Source of the DNA: Mycolicibacterium smegmatis
GTDB taxonomy: Bacteria; Actinomycetota; Actinomycetes; Mycobacteriales; Mycobacteriaceae
Direction: 5' to 3'
DNA length: 32,000 bases
NCBI RefSeq assembly: GCF_001457595.1
Contig: NZ_LN831039.1
Span: 5,880,001-5,912,000, forward strand
Positions 26,412 to 32,000 of the stretch are shown here, piece by piece. Numbering within the stretch: the stretch's first letter is position 1; each line of letters starts with the position of its first letter. The translations under genes and the position numbers were made by a program. The notes below the pieces were generated by a model. That model saw only the letters and a program-made list of their open reading frames with translations. It made no database searches and was not told the origin of the DNA.

Positions 26412-27080
26412 CTACCGGCACGATCCCAGGTAGGCGTCACACAGTGGTGCGGCCATCGCGTCGAGCACCTGGCTATCGGCCACCGACGGCCACGGCACCT
26501 GCGGCGGGGTCGTCGACCACAGCGCGAGCTCCACGACGGTGCTGTTGTTGGGGTCGGCGAGCAAATACTGGCGCAGAACCCGGTCGCCGAACGCGATCAC
26601 CGCGGCCAGCCGGCCCGGCTCGTCGGTGGTGAGTGACGGTGAGCTGTCGGGCGCCACCAGCTGACACGCCCGGATCGCGGCGGCCGACGCGGTCACGGCC
26701 TCCATCGCGAGCTGCCCGCCCCGCCAGGTCTCACCACGCCAGTGGATGATCTGCGCGGAGAGCTGCCACTGCCCCACCGGCCGGTCCACCTCGGCCCGCG
26801 CGCTCACCGCATAGTGCCGCGGATCGTCGGGCAGCAGCGGCAGCGCGCACTCCTGTTCGAACCGGAACCGCGGCGACACCGTCGTCACGGCCAGACCCGC
26901 CAACCGGGGCCAGCGGTACTCGCGGTACAGCGGGATCTCGGTGGCGGCGATCCACGCCGAATCCGGGATGCGGTCGCACATCGGCGGGCAGTTCATGGGC
27001 GCGGCCCCGGCCGGCACAGCAACCAGTGTCGTGGCCGCCAGCCCCGCCGCGGCGAGCAACGTTGCCCAGATCAACCGCAT
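26412..27080 (-). CDS. secreted Cys-containing protein of unknown function (possibly a PknH_C-like sensor domain)
   Basis: 222 aa from MRLIWATLLAAAGLAATTLVAVPAGAAP (signal peptide). 6 Cys in the mature part. RBS GGGAGGA lies 3 nt before the ATG. The domain guess has low confidence. Confidence 0.6.
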   Translation of the reverse strand: MRLIWATLLAAAGLAATTLVAVPAGAAPMNCPPMCDRIPDSAWIAATEIPLYREYRWPRLAGLAVTTVSPRFRFEQECALPLLPDDPRHYAVSARAEVDRPVGQWQLSAQIIHWRGETWRGGQLAMEAVTASAAAIRACQLVAPDSSPSLTTDEPGRLAAVIAFGDRVLRQYLLADPNNSTVVELALWSTTPPQVPWPSVADSQVLDAMAAPLCDAYLGSCR

Positions 27081-27111
27081 GAATCCTCCCACCGAGGGCA
27101 ACAATATAGAG

Positions 27112-27750
27112 ATGCAACTGACCCATTTCGGACATTCGTGCCTTTTGGCCACCATTTCCGATACGACGGTGTTGTTCGACCCCGGCAACTTCTCGCACGG
27201 TTTCGAGGGCATCACCGGGCTGTCGGCGATCCTGATCACCCATCAGCACCCCGATCACGCCGACACGACGCGTCTGCCCGCGCTGCTCGACGCGAACCCG
27301 CAGGCGAAGCTGTACGCCGATCCGCAGACGGCGGCGCAACTCGGTGAGCCGTGGACCGCAGTGCACGTCGGTGACGAGTTCACCATCGGCTCGATCAACG
27401 TCCGCGGTGTCGGCGGCAAGCACGCCGTCATCCACCCGGAAATCCCTGTCATCGACAACATCTCGTACCTGCTCGGTGACGACGAGCATCCGGCCCGGTT
27501 CATGCATCCGGGTGATGCATTGTTCGTCCCAGGCGAACCGGTCGACGTGCTCGCGACGCCTGCGGCCGCGCCGTGGATGAAAGTGTCTGAGGCCGTGGAC
27601 TATCTGCGTGCCGTCGCACCGCGCGCCGCGGTGCCGATCCATCAGGGCATCATCGCCCCGGACGCGCGCGGCGTCTTCTACGGGCGCCTGTCGGAGATGA
27701 CGTCGACGGATTTCCAGGTGCTGCAGGAGGAGAACGGCACCGAGGTCTGA
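27112..27750 (+). CDS. MBL-fold metallo-hydrolase
   Basis: 212 aa from MQLTHFGHSCLL, with the THQHPDH metal motif. The track ORF is trimmed to Met58. Confidence 0.85.
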   Translation: MQLTHFGHSCLLATISDTTVLFDPGNFSHGFEGITGLSAILITHQHPDHADTTRLPALLDANPQAKLYADPQTAAQLGEPWTAVHVGDEFTIGSINVRGVGGKHAVIHPEIPVIDNISYLLGDDEHPARFMHPGDALFVPGEPVDVLATPAAAPWMKVSEAVDYLRAVAPRAAVPIHQGIIAPDARGVFYGRLSEMTSTDFQVLQEENGTEV

Positions 27751-27762
27751 GTCGACGGTATT

Positions 27763-29406
27763 TCAGGCGATGTCGGCGGCCGCACCGCGGCCGGCGGCAC
27801 GCCCGGAGAAGATGCAGCCGCCGAGGAACGTCCCCTCCAGCGACCGGTAGCCGTGCACGCCGCCGCCGCCGAATCCCGCGGCCTCACCGGCCGCGTACAA
27901 CCCGCCGAACGTGGTGCCGTCCTCTTTGAGGACGCGCGAGTCCAGGTCGGTTTCCAGTCCCCCCAGCGTCTTTCGCGTGAGGATGTGCAGTTTCACCGCG
28001 ATCAGCGGACCCGCCTTGGGATCGGTGAGGCGGTGCGGTGCGACGACGCGCGTGAACCGGTCGCCCAGGTAGTTGCGCGCGGCGCGGATCGCGGTGATCT
28101 GGCCGTCCTTGGTGAAGCGGTTGGCCACCTCACGGTCGCGCGCGGTGACCTCGGCCGCCACCTTGGCGTAGTCCAGCGGTACGACGTCGGGCAGATCGTT
28201 CATGCCTGCCACCAGATCCCGCAGCGAGGTGGCGCTCACGAAGTCGACGCCGTGGTCGACGAACGCCTGCACGGGCGCCGGCGCACCGGGCTTGACGCGC
28301 GAGAGGAGGTCGCGCACGTTGCGTGATGTGAGATCCGGGTTCTGCTCCTGGCCCGACAGCGCAAACTCCTTGGCGATGATGCGCGCGTTGAGGATGAACC
28401 ACGTGTAGTCCTGCCCGCTGCGGCAGATGTGCTCCAACGTGCCGAGCGTGTCGTATCCGGGATACAGCGGGACAGGGAGCCGATCGCCGTTGGCGTCCAA
28501 CCACAGTGACGACGGACCGGGCAGGATCCGGATGCCATGGTTGGGCCACACGGGGTCGTAGTTGGTGATGCCTTCGGTGTAGTGCCACATGCGGTCGTTG
28601 TTGATCACGTGGGCGCCCGCCGATTCGGCGATGCCGATCATGCGGCCGTCGACGTGCGCGGGCACGCCGCTGATCAACTGATCGGGCACCCGGCCAAGCC
28701 GCGCCGGCCAGTTCTTGCGCACCAGTTCCAGGTTGCCACCTATGCCGCCGCTCGCGACGATCACCGCGGAGGCTCGGAATTCGAAGTCGCCGACCACTTT
28801 CCGCGACGACGCGACACCGCGCGGGGCGTTGCTGGGCTCCAGGATCGAGCCGCGCACCCCGGCCACCAGGCCCTCGTTGACGATGAGTTCGTCGACCCGG
28901 TGCCGGTGGGCGAACCGCACCCGCACGCTGTCGCGGATGCGCCGCGCGAAGATTTCGACGAGCGCCGGACCGGTGCCCCACGTGATGTGGAACCGTGGCA
29001 CCGAATTGCCGTGCCCCAGCGCGTCGTACCCGCCGCGCTCGGCCCAGCCGACCAGCGGGAAGGTCTGCAGCCCACGCGCCCGCAACCAGCTGCGCTTCTC
29101 CCCCGCCGCGAAGTCGACGTAGGCATGGGCCCACTCACGCGGCCAGTGGTCCTCGGGCCGGTCGAAGCCCGCGGTGCCCAGCCAGTCCTGCAGGGCGAGT
29201 TCCTGGCTGTCGCGGATCCCGAGCCTGCGCTGCTCGGGACTGTTGACGAAGAACAGGCCCCCGAACGACCAGAAGGCCTGGCCACCGATGTTGGCCGCGT
29301 TCTCCTGGTCGACGATGATCACGCTGTGCCCGCGTTCGACGAGCTCGCATGCGGCGACCAGTCCGGCCAGACCTGCCCCCACGACGATGACGTCGGCGTC
29401 TGCCAT
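27763..29406 (-). CDS. FAD-binding dehydrogenase (succinate dehydrogenase/fumarate reductase flavoprotein-like, Rv0785-like)
   Basis: 547 aa. N-terminal DVIVVGAGLAGLVAACE dinucleotide motif. C-terminal GLYAAGE...GG motif. Confidence 0.85.
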   Translation of the reverse strand: MADADVIVVGAGLAGLVAACELVERGHSVIIVDQENAANIGGQAFWSFGGLFFVNSPEQRRLGIRDSQELALQDWLGTAGFDRPEDHWPREWAHAYVDFAAGEKRSWLRARGLQTFPLVGWAERGGYDALGHGNSVPRFHITWGTGPALVEIFARRIRDSVRVRFAHRHRVDELIVNEGLVAGVRGSILEPSNAPRGVASSRKVVGDFEFRASAVIVASGGIGGNLELVRKNWPARLGRVPDQLISGVPAHVDGRMIGIAESAGAHVINNDRMWHYTEGITNYDPVWPNHGIRILPGPSSLWLDANGDRLPVPLYPGYDTLGTLEHICRSGQDYTWFILNARIIAKEFALSGQEQNPDLTSRNVRDLLSRVKPGAPAPVQAFVDHGVDFVSATSLRDLVAGMNDLPDVVPLDYAKVAAEVTARDREVANRFTKDGQITAIRAARNYLGDRFTRVVAPHRLTDPKAGPLIAVKLHILTRKTLGGLETDLDSRVLKEDGTTFGGLYAAGEAAGFGGGGVHGYRSLEGTFLGGCIFSGRAAGRGAAADIA

Positions 29407-29427
29407 GAGACGTCACCATAGCGCGAG

Positions 29428-30144
29428 TCAGGCGGCCTTGTTCAGTACAGAGGGCGAAGCAGATTCGGGCTGCCATCGATACACCGTGGGCACGCATCCG
29501 TGCAGCAAAGCCAGATCGACCGCGTCGAGCATGGCCTGGCGCGGTCCCGGCGCCCGCAGGTGCCGCGCGGCAACCGCGACTCGCACCACCCCGCCGCGGC
29601 GCGCGGTGCGCTCGGCGGTCAGCACCAGCGTGCGGCACCACCACGGTTCGGTGAGGAAACCTTCCCCGATTCCGACGACGCGGGCGCGGGTGGTGGTCCG
29701 GCGGACCAGGTCGGTGATCCCGTGCAGGTCGGCCACCAATCGAAAGCCGTTGCGCGGCAGCGCCGTCACCGTTCCCGGTGAGACGTTCCAACCGGGGGCC
29801 GCGAACAGCCTGGTGCGCAGGCCCAGGTGTTCGAGGATCCGGTCGGCGCCGAGCAACCGCAGGTTGGCCTCGTGCGCGGGCAGCGCGGCGAACTCACCGC
29901 GGCGTTTCTTCGTCGTGGCCTCGTCGTAACCGTGCAGCACCACGGCGTCGCCGGACGCGCGCCGCGCGGTGAGCCACCCGACGGTCTGGGCATCGCTCTC
30001 GAGCCGGTAGCCACCCTTGAGCCGCGGCACCACCAGCAGTGACGCGGGCACACCGCGGGCATCGAGTTCGGCGCAGAACGTCGCGACCTCGTCCAGGGTG
30101 CGGTGGCTGATCTGGGAGATCGAGACGATGAGTTGTCCGGTCAC
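29428..30144 (-). CDS. DUF2334 / polysaccharide-deacetylase-like protein
   Basis: 238-aa ORF with normal composition, 21 nt upstream of the FAD dehydrogenase on the same strand. Family label is from memory, with moderate confidence. Confidence 0.55.
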   Translation of the reverse strand: MTGQLIVSISQISHRTLDEVATFCAELDARGVPASLLVVPRLKGGYRLESDAQTVGWLTARRASGDAVVLHGYDEATTKKRRGEFAALPAHEANLRLLGADRILEHLGLRTRLFAAPGWNVSPGTVTALPRNGFRLVADLHGITDLVRRTTTRARVVGIGEGFLTEPWWCRTLVLTAERTARRGGVVRVAVAARHLRAPGPRQAMLDAVDLALLHGCVPTVYRWQPESASPSVLNKAA

Positions 30145-30181
30145 GACGCGAGTGTGGCGTCCCCAGGTGTCGCGATGGTTG

Positions 30182-30207
30182 CCGGCACCCGCACTGCGGG
30201 TGTCCGG
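30182..30207 (-). terminator. strong hairpin immediately after the gpx stop
   Basis: CCGGCACCCGC-act-GCGGGTG(t)CCGG, 11 bp with one bulge, adjacent to TAA (30209-30211 on the minus strand). Confidence 0.45.
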
Positions 30208-30208
30208 T

Positions 30209-30694
30209 TTACGAAACGACCTTCTCGATCGCCTCGATCACCTCAGGCGCGTCCGGTTCTGTGCGGGGCCGGAACCGGTTGACGACGGTGCCATCGGCGG
30301 CCAGCAGGAACTTCTCGAAGTTCCACTGGATGTCGCCCGCCTCGCCACCGGCGTCGGGGGTCTCGGTCAGTGCGGCGTACAGCGGGTGGCGCTCTGCGCC
30401 GTTGACGTCGGTCTTGGCCAGCAACGGGAACGTCACGCCGTAGGTGGTCGAACAGAACGTCTGAATTTCCTCGGCCGTGCCCGGTTCCTGTCCCATGAAT
30501 TGGTTACAGGGCACACCGATCACCGTGAGGCCGCGGTCACCGTATTCCTGCGCGAGTTTCTCCAGTGCGCTGTATTGCGGTGTCAGACCGCATTTCGAGG
30601 CGACGTTGACGACGAGTGCGGCCCCGGGGGCCAACTCGCCGAGCGTGGTCTGCTTGCCGTCGAGGGTGGTCAAGTTGATGTTCTTGAGGCTCAC
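30209..30694 (-). CDS. glutathione peroxidase-family thiol peroxidase
   Basis: 161 aa from GTG (VSLKNINLTTLDGK). Motifs NVASKCGLTPQY, GVPCNQFMGQEPG and WNFEKFL. The track ORF is trimmed at Val106. Confidence 0.85.
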   Translation of the reverse strand: MSLKNINLTTLDGKQTTLGELAPGAALVVNVASKCGLTPQYSALEKLAQEYGDRGLTVIGVPCNQFMGQEPGTAEEIQTFCSTTYGVTFPLLAKTDVNGAERHPLYAALTETPDAGGEAGDIQWNFEKFLLAADGTVVNRFRPRTEPDAPEVIEAIEKVVS

Positions 30695-30713
30695 CGGTGC
30701 GACGCTACCGGAG

Positions 30714-31259
30714 TCAGCCGTCGAACAGGATGGCTCCCAGACGCTCGACCGTGGCGATCGGGTCACGGTCGGTGTCGATCGCGTCGTTGAGCCACAGCAG
30801 CGAAAAACCGTGCACCATCGACCATGCCGCGAGCGCAGCCCCAGCCGGATCGTCCTTGGCCTTGGGGTCGTCGAGGGTGCCGACCCCGCGGTTGAGCTCG
30901 GCACCCGCCGCCGAGGCGGCCGCGACGAGACCCGGGTCGGTGTCGTCGTACAGCGACTTGTCGAACATGACCGCGTAGTGGCCCGGATGATCGAGCGCGA
31001 AGCGCACATACGCCTTGGCGGCGTCGATGAACTGCCCGCGCACGTCTTTCAGCGCGTCGGCCAGCAGTTGGTACCCCTCGGTGGCCAGCGCGGTGAACAG
31101 GCCGCGCCGGTCGGTGAAATGGTGCGCCGGCGCGGCGTGAGAGACCCCCGCGGTGCGCGCGAGTTCGCGCAGCGAGATGCCGTCCGCTCCGCGCTCGGCC
31201 ACCAGCGTCGCCGCGTGCTGCAGGATCACAGCCTTGAGGTCGCCATGGTGGTACGCCAT
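30714..31259 (-). CDS. TetR/AcrR-family transcriptional regulator
   Basis: 181 aa from MAYHHGDLKAVILQHAATLVAERGADGISLRELARTAGVSHAAPAHHF (HTH). The track ORF is trimmed to Met43. Confidence 0.85.
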   Translation of the reverse strand: MAYHHGDLKAVILQHAATLVAERGADGISLRELARTAGVSHAAPAHHFTDRRGLFTALATEGYQLLADALKDVRGQFIDAAKAYVRFALDHPGHYAVMFDKSLYDDTDPGLVAAASAAGAELNRGVGTLDDPKAKDDPAGAALAAWSMVHGFSLLWLNDAIDTDRDPIATVERLGAILFDG

Positions 31260-31266
31260 ACCGACG

Positions 31267-31272
31267 ATCCTA
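31267..31272 (-). promoter_or_regulatory. -10 box TAGGAT, 7 nt upstream of the tetR ATG (leaderless-type)
   Basis: Minus strand reads TAGGATcgtcggtATG. Confidence 0.3.
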
Positions 31273-31277
31273 TCGAA

Positions 31278-31340
31278 CCAATCTTGACAGTGCCTAAATC
31301 GACGCGCACAATCGCAGGATCTAGCCACTGACAAGATTGG
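31278..31340. promoter_or_regulatory. 15-bp inverted repeat (candidate TetR operator pair) bracketing the doxX promoter TTGACA-17-CACAAT
   Basis: CCAATCTTGACAGTG (31278-31292) pairs with CACTGACAAGATTGG (31326-31340), 14/15 complementary. -35 TTGACA at 31284-31289 and -10 CACAAT at 31307-31312. Confidence 0.5.
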
Positions 31341-31347
31341 ATGGAGC

Positions 31348-31797
31348 ATGGCGGTATTCGCGACACTGGTGCTCGGCACCGTCATCGCCAGGATCGTGGG
31401 ACTGCTCGGCGTCGCCTACGTCGACACGTGGTCGTCGGCGGCCGCGGTCGGCCTGGCCGCGATGTTCGCGCTGACCGGGATCGCCCACTTCGTCGATCCG
31501 TTGCGCCGCGACATGATCGCGATCGTGCCGCCGCGCCTGCCCGCGCCGGGACTGCTGGTCACCGTCACCGGCGCGCTCGAACTCCTCGGCGCGGCAGGCC
31601 TGCTGTACCCGCCGACGCGCGTCGCGGCCGCGGTGTGCCTGTTCGTGTTGATGCTGGCCATGTTCCCGGCCAACGTCTACGCCGCGCGGATGCCCGATCC
31701 GCCCAAGTCGATGACGTCGAAGCTAGGTGTCCGGACCGCCGAAGAGGGCGTCTACCTGGCCGCTGCCGTACTGGTCGCGATCGGCGGCGGCCAATAG
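31348..31797 (+). CDS. DoxX-family small membrane protein
   Basis: 149 aa with 4 hydrophobic helices. GGAG RBS at 31342-31345. Divergent from tetR. Confidence 0.7.
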   Translation: MAVFATLVLGTVIARIVGLLGVAYVDTWSSAAAVGLAAMFALTGIAHFVDPLRRDMIAIVPPRLPAPGLLVTVTGALELLGAAGLLYPPTRVAAAVCLFVLMLAMFPANVYAARMPDPPKSMTSKLGVRTAEEGVYLAAAVLVAIGGGQ

Positions 31798-32000
31798 CCA
31801 CGCGTACTGGAACGCGGCCTCGCGCCACCGCTCGTAGCGTCCGCTCAGCCCACCGTGGCCCGCCACCATCTCGGTCTTGAGCAGCACCGGGTTGTTGTCG
31901 GTCTTGGTGTGACGAAGCGCGGCAACCCATTTCGCCGGTTCGACGTAGTACACGCGGGTGTCGTTGAGCGACGTCATCGCCAGGATCGGCGGATAGTCCT
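31723..32000 (-). CDS. ptrB: 3' end of S9-family oligopeptidase B / prolyl oligopeptidase (5' part lies outside the window)
   Basis: The frame stays open upstream of the track's Met to the window edge (..DYPPILAMTSLNDTRVYYVEPAKWVAALR...KTEMVAGHGGLSGRYERWREAAFQYAWLL), the typical S9 C-terminus with the catalytic His region. Confidence 0.8.
   Translation of the reverse strand, partial: DYPPILAMTSLNDTRVYYVEPAKWVAALRHTKTDNNPVLLKTEMVAGHGGLSGRYERWREAAFQYAWLLAAADRDQYGSGQVDALFGGPDT

Noticed and set aside
27081-27111. Leaderless promoter for the MBL hydrolase from CAATAT (27102-27107).
   Set aside because: Only 4 nt separate the hexamer from the ATG, which is too short for the 6-8-nt geometry seen elsewhere. 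The element fits better as TATATT for the minus-strand secreted-protein gene.
1-32000. Search for CRISPR arrays, tRNA/rRNA genes, IS elements, terminal inverted repeats, integrases, toxin-antitoxin pairs or phage-defence genes.
   Set aside because: I saw no regularly spaced direct repeats, no T-loop or cloverleaf-like sequences in the few long spacers, and no transposase- or integrase-like ORFs. Visual scanning cannot exclude short or degenerate elements.

Overview
Very GC-rich, gene-dense actinobacterial chromosome. Gene content and order look mycobacterial, resembling Mycolicibacterium smegmatis and the M. tuberculosis Rv0781-Rv0812 neighbourhood; that comparison is from memory and was not searched. 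I call about 32 protein-coding genes and found no rRNA, tRNA, CRISPR array, IS or prophage signature. The backbone is a dispersed de novo purine locus, all on the minus strand: purM, purF, purL, purQ and purS. Folate-linked genes (pabC, ygfZ) and many accessory genes sit between them. The most distinctive system is a two-gene family-1 encapsulin nanocompartment operon. A DyP-type peroxidase (23527-24558) ends in the cargo-loading peptide DGSLGIGSLKG, and its stop overlaps the start of the encapsulin shell gene (24558-25355) by 1 nt. This family is already described in mycobacteria, so it is distinctive rather than new. Other points worth a second look: (1) a chain of four genes with overlapping stops and starts, cation/proton antiporter > purL > membrane alpha/beta-hydrolase > CPBP protease; (2) an orphan MceA-like gene diverging from a small SCP-like gene across only 16 bp; (3) a tetR-gpx / doxX divergent redox module with a 15-bp inverted repeat bracketing a near-consensus promoter; (4) a recurring TAGNGT -10 box exactly 6 nt upstream of several start codons, which suggests leaderless mRNAs; (5) several structured intergenic regions. 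Many long ORFs in the six-frame track are antisense or N-terminally over-extended artefacts of high GC. I trimmed starts using domain position, RBS and neighbouring genes. All start codons remain predictions.
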